Shown in pieces: positions 1-11,435 of a stretch of 64,000 nt of DNA. The position numbers and the translations under genes were made by a program. This DNA is from Octopus vulgaris. Taxonomy: Eukaryota. The DNA lies in the NCBI GenBank assembly GCA_951406725.2, contig OX597825.1, forward strand, positions 57,226,001 through 57,290,000, in the 5' to 3' direction. The first letter of the stretch is position 1; each line of letters begins with the position of its first letter. The notes beneath the pieces were generated by a model. It made no database searches. It saw only the letters and a list, made by a program, of their open reading frames with translations, and was not told the origin of the DNA.

Positions 1-540
1 GAATTCTGATACAAATAACCTTATCATAGGCAGAGGTAACTTTAGGAAACCAGCTAATCACCTGATCACATACAATCAATTGAATACCCATATACAAGAG
101 GAAATAGCAATTTGTTGTGAATACTAAAATCCTTCTCAGTGAAGAATGTTCCACTTAACATAAATTAATGACCATTAATTTCATGTTAAGAGCTATATGG
201 ACCCAAGAGCAATCACAAGACAATCCAGAGAGGAAAATCATGGAAGGTGAAAGCTCCCTCAACCATTCGTAGCTTTAAAGAAATAATAGATAATGCATGT
301 AACTAAAAGGAAGAGGAGTATGAGATAGAGATTTATAGCATGTAAATCAATTGGGAATTTCTATAAGACAGCATGTTGTAAGCCACAAAACAGACCTGTG
401 GCAGTATATGCAAGTGAAAATTGGAAGAGTAATGCAAATAATAAACACTATTTTCCCTCTTACTATTTTGTTTCATTTCGAAAAATAAAAATTTATTCTA
501 TGGTTTGTTATTGTTTATATTTTGAATTACATAATCCTTA

Positions 541-704
541 ATGGGGGCACCAAAATCTTTTAAGCGCTTAGGGCCTCGATGGGTCTTAATCCAGCCCAGC
601 CACCACCATTATAAAATGGTATGGGGGCACCAAAATCTTTTAAGCGCTTAGGGCCTTGATGGGTCTTAATCCAGCCCAGCCACCACCATTATAAAATGGT
701 ATGG
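541..704. repeat. 80-bp tandem duplication containing a hAT-Tip100-like terminal sequence
   Basis: 541-620 and 621-700 differ at one base; each contains GGTCTTAATCCAGCCC, whose reverse complement resembles the CAGGGCCGGATTAAG terminus of Tip100-type hAT elements. Confidence 0.8.
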
Positions 705-1587
705 CTTTCACCAAAGGGTTTGAAGAAAATCTCAATCTTACTAGTTCTAAGAAAGAAAGTACAAAGTACACATTGTAAAGTGGTTGGCATTAGGAAGGAC
801 ATCCAATTATGAAAACCATGCCAGAGCAGATAATGGAGCATGATGCTGTTCTCAGACTCATCAGATCCTGTCAAACCAACCAACCCATACCTGCATGGAA
901 CATGGTCATTAAACAATGATAATAATGTAATAATGACGGTGGTCATATCAGAAATGAAGATAACTAAACAATATCTTCGTGAAGACTCCAGAACGTAATA
1001 ACGAATGAAGCATACGACTGTTTGGGTCATATACTGCAGAAGCTAAATCACCAGTTTGTGAAAAATAGCACTGAGACAGACATGAACAGGGGGAAACAGA
1101 GAAGATAGGGAAAAGCATGGGTCACATGATACCAAACCTGTAAGAAGAAATTGAAGCTTATCTACAGACACTGGGTAAACATAGAGCATACAGCCAATTG
1201 GAACACTGGAGGAGAACAGCCTAGTAATATGCAAGCATGCTTGAGATAGATTGGGAGTGCTTAGCTGTTCCAGTCTCTTGATCACCCACTGTAATGCTGC
1301 TAATGTATTGGATTGATTTGAAAACTTTTTAGCGGGAAATACTATCAGTTTTGGTTGTAGTGTATAACCGTTGGAGTGTCTAGACCAGTATTTCTTAAAC
1401 TTTTCTATCACTGGCCCCATTTTGATTTTCCAAAAAACCATGTGACCCACTATGAACAAAGTTAATATCACACACATATATGTATCTTTGTGTGTGTGTG
1501 TATATATATATATGTGTGTATATATATATATTTGTATATACACACACACATTTATTTATACATATATAAGTATGCATATGTATATAT

Positions 1588-1640
<53 letters not shown>

Positions 1641-2092
1641 CAACAGAGGCAATATTAATAGTAGGGATTAATATCTATCCCCACTTAGAATTAGTTGTTT
1701 TGTTAGAACAAACTATACTGTGGTAGCTTTAAGTAAATTTTAAGTAAACCCTTCTTGCAGCTTTTATCGACTTATTACTTACACCTGATTCAAAAGTAAC
1801 CCCTACCATGCCAAATTATTCCACTTCCCCCACTGTTAGGGTGTTTTACTCTCACCTAGAAAAAAAAAGACTACTCTAGGCCATTTTAATGAATATTTAT
1901 TGTAATTTTAATTTTACTTTGATAAATTATATACTAACAGATCACATCCTTTCTAATATTTTCATATTGACATACACAGGAACAGGTATGGTTGTGTGTT
2001 TTAAGTAAATAATTTGGTATCACGTGGTTCCAGGTTTGATACGCTCCTGTCTGGCAAGTGGGCAAATGTCATCTATTGTAGCCTTAAGCTAA

Positions 2093-2137
<45 letters not shown>

Positions 2138-2236
2138 TATATTAGTATATGTATAACTTTATTAATATTTATCAGAAGTAACAGAATGACTCAATGTCTA
2201 AGAGTTTCGTGTGTTGGCACTTATCAAACCTATGTA

Positions 2237-2282
<46 letters not shown>

Positions 2283-2285
<3 letters not shown>

Positions 2286-2601
2286 AATAGTGTACATTTA
2301 AACACAAGGGAAAACTACCTTTAACAGGTAATTTTTACATGCTAGAAGAAGCAGTCAAAATGACCAAAACCACATTTAAGAGCAGTTTTCGAAGGGAATG
2401 AAAAATAATAACTTTTTGTTATTTACCTTGTTAATAACAAGGTAAAAAAAAAAAATAACAAGGTGAAAGCTTTTATTTGTAATTTCCTTCGAAAATTGCT
2501 CTTAAATGTGGTTTTGGTCATTTTGACTGCTTCTTCTAGCGTGTAAAAATTACCTGTTAAAGGTAATTTTTCTTTTGTGTTTAAATGTACACTATTTTAT
2601 A
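2283..2601. repeat. Long inverted repeat (fold-back), arms about 115 bp
   Basis: About 2286-2397 is the near-perfect reverse complement of about 2484-2596; the spacer has an inner palindrome TTTACCTTGTTA-A-TAACAAGGTAAA. Confidence 0.9.
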
Positions 2602-2695
2602 TTGAGAATATGTTGTCTATTTGACATTTTATAAATGCTAGGCCACTGGTGGGGAAATTTCTAAGAACATTCCCCACCCTATACATATCTTATGA

Positions 2696-2729
<34 letters not shown>

Positions 2730-3163
2730 ATATGTGTGTGTGCATGTATATGTGTGAGTGCATATGTGTGTTTATAGATATGCATATACACATGCCCACG
2801 TGTTGGAGAAGCTTCTGGACATATAGAGTTATGTGCTTGCATGTGTGGTTATGTGTGTGCGCGAGTTTGTGTGTGTGAGTTCATGTGTGTGTGTGTATGC
2901 ATGTCTGCATGGCTGTGTTTATATTTACTGTTTAAAACCTGTTGTAGCTGATGTTGGCGTTCCTTTTATGCTCTATAACTGAGCAAATAGAGATCTATAA
3001 AATAAACAGCAGACTGAAATATATAGGGGCAACTAAACCTATTTAAAGGGTTTATTCACCACTTTTATTCATTTCACATGGGCGCTGATTATGGCTAAAA
3101 CCAGTAAAAGGAGACAGAAACAAAATCATAGAAAGTATATACTTACAAGCATACATACATACA

Positions 3164-3195
<32 letters not shown>

Positions 3196-3369
3196 CACAC
3201 ATACATATATGCATATATGTAAATATATATGTGTGTGTATGTGTGTATACACACACACATACATACACACATATATATATGTATGTCCAACCCATGTTAG
3301 CATGGACAATGGATGTTATATAATGATGGTGATATATTTACAAATACACATACATATACACACACACAA

Positions 3370-3476
<107 letters not shown>

Positions 3477-3889
3477 TGGAGAGAGAGAGAAACAGACAAC
3501 TAGAGAGAGACAAATAGACAGATAGAGAGTGAGTGTGTGAGAGAGAGAGATTGATAGATAAATAGATATAGATATAGATACATCCATCCATCTATCCATA
3601 CATACCTACATACATACATACATACTTGTGTATGTGTATGAACAGAAACGTGTACGCATATTTATCGGTACATAAGTGTATACTGGGGCGGTTGAGTTAC
3701 TTTGCACGCTCTCTCACATACACACAACAAACAAACACACACATACATACACTGTCCTCCAACACACACCCAAAGACAAACACATGGAAATACAAATACA
3801 CACATATTGAAAATAATACCATTTATTATAAATATATTCTGTAATTGGGACACCTTGTTTGCAGGCTGTTGCTGTTATAGCTGTTACAT

Positions 3890-3958
3890 CTGGTGTAGTA
3901 GTGGTGTCAGTGGTGGTGGCGATGGTGGTGGTGATGGTGGTGGTGGTGGTAGTAGTAA

Positions 3959-4015
<57 letters not shown>

Positions 4016-4250
4016 AAGTGGTGATGGTAATAGGAGTTGGTGGTTGTGGTAGTAGTTGTAGTACTAGTTGTAGTACTAGGAGGTGGTGATTTGGCATTGT
4101 TTTTGGAGGTGGTAGTGGTAGTAGTAATAGTCGTAGTTTTGGTGATGGTAGTGATGTTTTGATGGTGTCGGTAGTAATTTTTGTGTTGTTTACGGTGGAG
4201 GTAGTGATTGTGGTCATGGTGGTGATGGTAGTAATAGTACAAATAGTAGT
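3890..4250. repeat. (GGT)n/(AGT)n low-complexity tract
   Basis: Direct inspection. Confidence 0.9.
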
Positions 4251-4629
4251 AGATTTAGTCTTCTCTTCCGCTATGCTGCTGTTTTTATTTATTTATTTAT
4301 TTATTTTTTACTTTTCCTCAGTATTATGTTAATGGCAGCGAAGTGTGAAAAACAGTAGAGCATAGAGGACCTTATGCCTTGTAGTATCTAGTTTCTTTTC
4401 TGGGCATTCAAGTAACTACTGGTTATGTAATGATGTAAATCTAATCAGCTCTATCTTCCCCTTTCCTTTCCTAAATTTATAAGATTTCAAAGACTTAAGA
4501 AGGATATCACTATCCCCTTTGGTCAAGCCCTCATCAACTTCTTTAAGATTGACTTGGAGGGAAAGATGAGGGGAGAGGAGACAAGGGCTGTCCTTTAGTG
4601 AGAGTTTGAGGGGGAATGCAGGTAAAGGG

Positions 4630-4905
4630 ACCTATTCTCACCATGTCCTATATGCCAGAGGACACAGCTTGAAAGCCTTTGGTAGTTATATTAAACCTAA
4701 GTCTGTTGGGTTCCTTGATTGGCCCTGGGTATGTTTCCCTATTGGGACATTCAATTTCAAAAATGACCTATTCTCACAATGTGTCTATATGCCAGGGAAT
4801 ACTGCTTGCGAGTGTACAAGCCCTTGGTGGTCATATTAAACCTAAATCCATTGGGTCCCTTGATTGACCCTGGGTATGTTTCTCTACTGGGACATTTCAA
4901 TTCAT
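4630..4905. repeat. Diverged tandem duplication, unit about 136-140 bp
   Basis: Two units each starting GACCTATTCTCAC and ending CCCTGGGTATGTTTC..TGGGACATT. Confidence 0.85.
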
Positions 4906-5059
4906 TTGTATATATCTAATTTCCACACATCATATTTTTCTAGCAAAATTAATCCTGCATAAACACCCAATATTTTTGAAATTTTGGAATTACAAGTTTT
5001 TGAAACTTATAATTATCCTCCTATCCATTACCTAATATATAGCAATATTTGTTCAGGCT

Positions 5060-5272
5060 AAAGCAGTGAGCTGGCAGAAATGTTAGCATGCTGGGTGAAA
5101 TACTTACCGGTATTTTGTCTGTCTTAACGTTCTGAGTTCAAATTCCGCCGACGTTGACTTTGCCTTCTATCTTTTTGGGGTCTATTAATTAAGTATCAGT
5201 TGCAGACTGGGGTCGATCTATTCAACTGCCCCCTCTCCCAAAATGTTAGGCCTTGTGCCTAGAGTAGAAAAA
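5060..5272 (+). mobile_element. tRNA-derived SINE, family A (Meta-domain-like)
   Basis: Head GTGAGCTGGCAGAA, B-box GAGTTCAAATTC, core GACTTTGCCTT..GGGGTC..TAAGTATCAG; many further copies in the window. Confidence 0.8.
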
Positions 5273-5664
5273 AAATATTTGTTTAGGCTCTTTATGTTCT
5301 GAATTCAAACCCTGGTGAGGTTAACTTTAACTTTTTAGGTAAATAAAATCAAGTATCAGTGAAGCACTGAGGGCCAATGCAGTTAACTAGCCCCTCCCTC
5401 CTAAGTTTCAGGCTCTGTGTGTATGTTACAAGCATTATTGTTAGAAGTTATTCTAAGAGAAATTGGTAGAAAGTTGGAAAAATACTTGGCAGCAAAGAGT
5501 TATGTTCTTTTACCTCCTGAGTTCAGTTCTTACCTGTGCTGATTCAGCTTTTTACCTTTCTGGTGATATTTTACTGGGTCAAAAGGTGTTAGGGCCAAAT
5601 GGATGTCCATGTCTGTGGGTGGACAGAATGGCTGACTATACTGTACTGTTTGTATATATATATA

Positions 5665-6150
5665 TCATCATCATCATCATCGTTGTCATCATCGTTTACT
5701 GTCTGCTTTCCGTGCTGGCATGGGTTGGACAGTTTGACTGAGGGCTGGAAAACCAGAAGGCTGCACCAGGCTCCAATCCAATCTGGCAAAGTTTCTGCAG
5801 CTGGATGCCCTTCCTAACACCAACCACCATGAGTGTGTAGTGGGTGCTTTCTACATGCCACCAGCATGAAGGCCAGTCAGGCGGTATTGGCATCGACCAC
5901 ACATGAATGGTGCTTTTTACACGCCACCAGCACAGAAGCCAAGTCAGGGTACACTGGCAATAAGCACACTCGAATGGTGCTTTTTACATGCCACAGGCAC
6001 AGGAGCCAGTCAGGGTACACTGACAGCAACCACGCTCGAATGGTGTTTTTTATGTGCCACCAGCATGGGATCAGTCAGGTGGCACTGGCATCGACCACAC
6101 TCAAATGGTGCTTTTCGTGTGCCACCGGCATGGGTGCCAATCAGGCGGTA
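5665..6150 (-). mobile_element. RTE LINE 3'UTR fragment with internal tandem units of about 60-65 bp
   Basis: (CAT)n tail and CCGTGCTGGCATGGGTTGGAC end, the same terminus that follows the RTE ORF at 17-18 kb and 26.4-27.2 kb; five xTGCCACCxGCAx-like units. Confidence 0.8.
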
Positions 6151-6213
6151 CTATATATGTATGTATGCATGTATGTGTACGCACACGTGTGTGTGTGTGT
6201 GTGGATATGTGTG

Positions 6214-6431
6214 CGAGGGTGTGCTGAAATGTTCCTGGCTTTAAGGGTATTGCAAAAGGCCTGGTTGGAGGTCCAACCTTCAAAATTCTTTTACAGGGCT
6301 GAGAAAAACTGAGGTACTGCTGCTATTGCTGTGTGAATTTGAGAGGGGAATATGTTGAATGATTTTATAATTAACTTATCCTCCTGTATTTTCTTTTACC
6401 CAAAAGCCAGAAACTTTTTAGCTACCCCTCA
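6214..6431. mobile_element. Mariner-type MITE
   Basis: TIRs CGAGGGTGTGCTGAAATGTTCCTGGCTTT and AAAGCCAGAAACTTTTTAGCTACCCCTCA followed by TA; second copy at 50268. Confidence 0.8.
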
Positions 6432-6721
6432 TATATATATATATATAGATGTATACACACACACATGTGTGGGTGGCTGTGTTTGTGTATCTTTCTATAT
6501 ATTTATTTCTTTTCACTGTGAATTCTATTTCTCTTTGCAGCCCCACTTAAGGCACTGCTCTCCCACCACCGCTGTTTTGTGTTGTTTGTCATTGCAATGC
6601 TACCCATCATACCACCATCAGCAGTATCTTACAGGCAAGAGTTGTACAGGGACCTGTCTGTTTGCATAATTAATGTAACTCTCGCTAGGTGTCATGGCTT
6701 GTTACAAAATAAAAGAAAAAG

Positions 6722-6924
6722 TAAGAAACTTGGCAGAATCATTAGGGTGGTGGACAAAATGCTTTGTGGTGTTTATTCAGGCTCTCTTTGATCTAAGTTC
6801 AAATCCTGCCAAGATTGACTTTACTGTTCACTCTTCCAGAGTTAATAAGATAAATAACCTATCAAGTACTAGGGGCTCTAACCCATGGCCCCAAAATTTG
6901 TGACCTTGTACCTATGTTAGAAAC

Positions 6925-6978
<54 letters not shown>

Positions 6979-6979
6979 C

Positions 6980-7023
<44 letters not shown>

Positions 7024-7205
7024 GTGGTGAGCAGGCAGACTCATTAGCACACTGGTTGAAATACTTAGCGGCATTTCTTCTGTTTTTACGTTCTGAGTTC
7101 AAATTCTGCTGAGGTCAACTTTACTTTTCATCCTTTTCATGGTTGATGAAATAAGCATCAGTTACTCACTGGGGTCGATGTAATCAACTTATTCCCCCCT
7201 CCAAG
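6722..7205 (+). mobile_element. Two family A SINEs separated by (TTA)n(GTA)n
   Basis: Same head, B-box and core as 5060-5272. Confidence 0.75.
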
Positions 7206-7664
7206 GTGTGTGTGTGTGTGTGAAGTAATTATCAAAGATGCTTTGGCTTATGCAGAGGCTGGAAGAGTTAATTAAAGATATGGCAACCTCTTCTGATTGT
7301 GACTAAAACTATTTCAATACTGGAAACCCTTTTGTATCTTGAGCAGGTATCTCAGCATCATGTTTCATCCTTTACCCTATGTACTTCATCTGAATGGAAC
7401 AGTAAGAACTGAATTAGCTTCCAGGTACAGAATGGTTCTATCTTTGGTCTTTTGCCAACCACAACTGTCTTGAAAATGTCATGGTCATCTCTGTAGTGAC
7501 TTTCTTCTGTTATTTTTGTTCCAAGCCAAACTTCTGCATGTACATGCATACATACATGCATGCCTACAAACAAACACACGCACATCCATAAGTCCAGGCA
7601 TACATACACACACATACATGCATGCATAAATACATATACACATAACTACATACATATATGCATA

Positions 7665-7977
7665 ACGATAAGCGTCGCCCTTTTCAAGCCTAGCCAGGCT
7701 CATGGGCCCAGTTTCCCAGTTTCTGTGGCATATGTGTTCCCCCCAGCTGGACAGGATGCCAGTCCATCGCAGCGTTACTCAAGAAACAGGAAGAGAGAGT
7801 GAGAGAAAGTTGTGGCGAAAGAGTACATCAGGGGTCGCCCCCCCCCCCTGCTGGAGCCTCGTGGAGCTTTTAGGTGTTTTCGCTCAATAAGCACACACAA
7901 CACCCGGTCAGGGAATCGAAACTGCGATCCTCCGACTGCGAGTCTACTGCCCCAACCACTGAGCCATTGCACCTCCA
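7665..7977 (-). mobile_element. tRNA-derived SINE, family C
   Basis: Minus strand GTGGAGGTGCAATGGCTCAGTGG (A-box) ... GTTTCGATTCCC (B-box); homologous head at 10740-11047. Confidence 0.8.
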
Positions 7978-9118
7978 CACATATATATGCATACATACTT
8001 GCAAATACATACACATACCAGCAAGCATCAACAAACAGATACTGAGAAGCTGTTGTCCTGGGTCAAATAAGACCAAGAAAACAGGATGCCTGGCATCTGG
8101 GATGCATTTTACCTGTCAGACATTTCAGTCAGTGGTAGACATATCAATCTTTGCATTCTACAGAAGGTCAGTGGGGAGCTAGAACAATGACGTTCTTGAA
8201 GCGACTTTAAGAGTTGATAAAGAACAACAAAATGATCCAGTCTGAAGAACTTTCGGCTCAGTGACTATGGACAATATCCAGAAGTTCCTGGACTGGCGGT
8301 GCTAACCAGAAGTAAGTTTGGAGTTGAAGTGGGTAGAAGTGGCATTATTAATGGGAACGAATTAGTTGAACTAGTAGAATCAGTTGAAAGCAGACAAAAT
8401 GAAACGACATGTGAGCTTCAGTTGAGGTTCTTTGCAGTCTGTGTTCAAACCCCGCCAAGATTAATTCTGCCTTTTATCTTTCCGCGTTCTGGGGGCCAAT
8501 AAAATACAGTAGCAGTTAACGACTATTCGCTGTCCTCTCCCTTCCAAAATATATGCCATTGTGTGTATCTTAAGAAATTGTTATTAAAATTGTTTTCCAT
8601 ATTTTTATTAGGGCGTGTTCGTTCTTGTTTGTCATGAAACACAGCTGTCCCCACCTCCCCATGCCCTGTTCTTTTTAACTCCCCCTCCACACAACAACAT
8701 CCTCGCCATCACCTCCACTACCATGACAGTATACTATCAGACTCCATGCACCACCACCACCATCACCACCACCACTTCCTCTAGACTCTCCTCCTCCCAC
8801 CGCTGCCACCACTACCAACAACATCAACAACCCCTTTCTACCACCATCACTACGACAGAACGACAGACAGCACCACCAGCAACAACATCAACAACAAGTC
8901 TGTGAGCAGCCAGTGTTACATGTACTCTAAATACAAGAGGTGGGGGGAAGTAAGAGTCAACGAACTGGAGCCGTGCAGGAGTGGCGGCGGCGGCTGGGTT
9001 AAAGGATAAGGGTAGGGGGTGACAGAAGTGGCGTGTTCTAATCTTTCTTTTTTTCCTTCTTTTCCTTCTTTGTTCTTATGTGTATGTATGCATGTGTGTG
9101 TGTATGTGTGCATATATG

Positions 9119-9162
<44 letters not shown>

Positions 9163-9198
9163 GTATGTATGTATATGAATGCATGTATGTATATGTAC

Positions 9199-9237
<39 letters not shown>

Positions 9238-9340
9238 TGCATGTATATATATATATATGCGCATGTACATACGCATTATATATGTGTATGCGTATGCATG
9301 TGTATATATGTGCATATATATATGTATATGTCTGTACATG

Positions 9341-9422
<82 letters not shown>

Positions 9423-9524
9423 TGCATGTATATATATTTATATATGTATCTGCATATGCATTATGTATGTATCTACATATGCATCATATATGTATGTGTA
9501 TATGTATGTGCATATAAATATTAG

Positions 9525-10590
9525 GACAGATTTTCAGAACTGGTACTACATCAGACAAAATGCCTTTCAGTCTAAAGTTTCCCTCCTTTTACATTCTGAA
9601 TTCAAATCCTGGTGAGGTCTAATCTACCTTTCATTTTTCCACGTTTGATGTGGATAAAGTCAATTACCAGTCACTAGTACCTATATAATCAATTATATCC
9701 TCTCCCACTCAAATATGGGATTATGTGGTGATGTTAGAAATAATTATATATAAAATGCCAAAATATTTGTGTGCATTAATGTATCTTAATGTTTGTATTT
9801 ACATTGGCGTTATTTTTACAGAATTTGTAGAACGGTGGACCAAATTCCTTACAGCATTTAGTTTTGGTACTTTATGTTCTGAGTCCAAATTTCACCATGA
9901 GCAACATTACTTTTTAATTATTTCAAGATTAATACAATAATTAGGAGTCAAGTATCATTGGTTGATCTAACTGCGAAGCCACTCCCCAAATTTTGTAACA
10001 TTCTGTTAGATATAATGTTATTATTGAAGTGGCAGACGTAGTAAAGTATCGGACAAAACAGTTTGTGCTAATTAATGGCAATCCTTTATGTTGAGTTCAA
10101 ATCTCACTGAGGTCAATTTTGTCTTTGAACTTTCAAAGGTCAATAAAATAGGCACCAACAGAATCTTGTAGTTGACATAATTGACTATTCAAAACCTGAC
10201 AAATTTGTAGTTTTGTGGCTCTAGCAGAAATTATTATTAGTGAGGCATGGCTTTGCCATAATTATATTGGAACATACTGACTTTGTTAATAGTTAATTTT
10301 GAAAATTATGAAGAACTTATTAAAATAACTTTACCACTATTAAACTGGAATGTATAAATTAACATAAATTAACATAAGATGGTGAACTGGCAGAATCGTT
10401 ACTGCCCTAGAAAAATACTTAGCAGCATCTCTTCTAACTTTACATTTTGAGTTCAAATACTGGTAGGGTTGACTTTGCCTTTCACACTTTTGTGGTCGAT
10501 GAAATCAGTATTAGCTGAGCAGTGTAGTTAATGGAATTGACTTACATCCATCCACAAAAATTGTTGGCTTTGTGGCAAAATTTTAAACTA
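9525..10590 (+). mobile_element. Cluster of four decayed family A SINEs
   Basis: Repeated GAGTTCAAAT...GAGGTCAA..TTGCCTTT motif at about 9600, 9880, 10095 and 10450. Confidence 0.7.
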
Positions 10591-10596
10591 TATATA

Positions 10597-11065
10597 GGTG
10601 TAGCATGGCTGTGTGTTAAGAAGCTTGCTTCTCAACATGGTTCTGAGTTCAGTTCCACTGCGTGGCACCTTGGGCAAGTGTCTTGTGAGTGGATTTGGTA
10701 GATGGAAACTGAAAGAAGCTCATCATATATATATATATCACGTGATCACGTGACCGACCAGTCCATCAGATGTAGTTAAACATCGCTGGTCACAATGCAT
10801 TCGCATTGTTTTAGCCTTCGAATGACGCCACCCCGCTGGCTAAGCGAGCAGGCCAACAGAAGAAAGAGTTGGAGAAAGAGTGGTGAAAGAGTACAGCAGG
10901 GATCATCCCCCCCCCCCCCTGCCGGAGCTCGTGGAGCTTTAGGTGTTTTTGCTCAGTAAACACTCACAACGCCCGGTCTGGGAATCGAAACCGCGATCCT
11001 ACGACCGCGAGTCCGCTGCCCTAACCACTGGGCCATTGCACCTCCACACACACACACACACACAT

Positions 11066-11099
<34 letters not shown>

Positions 11100-11435
11100 C
11101 ATCATCATCATCATCATCATCATTTAACATCCGCTTTCCATGCTAGCATGGGTTGGACAGTTGAACTGGGGTCTGGGGAGCCCAAAGGCTGCACCAGGCC
11201 AATGTATGTATGTAAGTATATATTTGTGTGTGTGTCAGTGCTTGTCTCCCAACCATTGCTTGACAACCATTGTTGGTGTGTTTACATTCCTGTAACTTAG
11301 CAGTTCGGCAAATGACGCTGATAGAATAAGTACAGGGTGCTTACAAAGACTAAGTCCTGGGGTTGACCTGTTTAACTAAAGGTGGTGCTCCAGCATGGCC
11401 ACAGTCAAATGACTGAAACAAGTAAATGAAAGAAA
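10597..11435 (+). mobile_element. Family B SINE carrying nested insertions in its central microsatellite
   Basis: Head TGGCTGTGTG(G)TAAGAAGCTTGCTT..CACCTTGGGCAAGTG (10597-10725); tail CTTGACAACC..GTGCTCCAGCATGGCCACAGTCAAATGACTGAAACAAGTAAA (11225-11435). Confidence 0.8.
10740..11047 (-). mobile_element. tRNA-derived SINE, family C (alternative tail)
   Basis: A-box TGGCCCAGTGG and B-box GTTTCGATTCCC on the minus strand; CpG-rich and so probably young. Confidence 0.8.

Noticed and set aside
1043-1400. 168-aa ORF with faint resemblance to a Tc1 C-terminus
   Set aside because: Starts in a microsatellite and has no diagnostic catalytic motif
3702-4242. Gly/Ser-, Thr-, Val- and Tyr/His-rich ORFs
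   Set aside because: Trinucleotide low-complexity DNA open in several frames on both strands; no splice or homology support
5845-6150. Regularly spaced palindromic repeats that look CRISPR-like
   Set aside because: The spacers are homologous to each other, the array lies in a LINE 3'UTR, there are no cas genes and the context is eukaryotic
8150-8320. Acceptor-like TTGCATTCTACAG and donor-like GAA|GTAAGT on the plus strand
   Set aside because: All three frames hit stops soon after the acceptor; no support for a coding exon
10970-11047. tRNA gene-like sequences here and at 7900-7977, 20697-20765 and 42299-42372
   Set aside because: SINE heads: acceptor stems do not pair and SINE bodies follow directly
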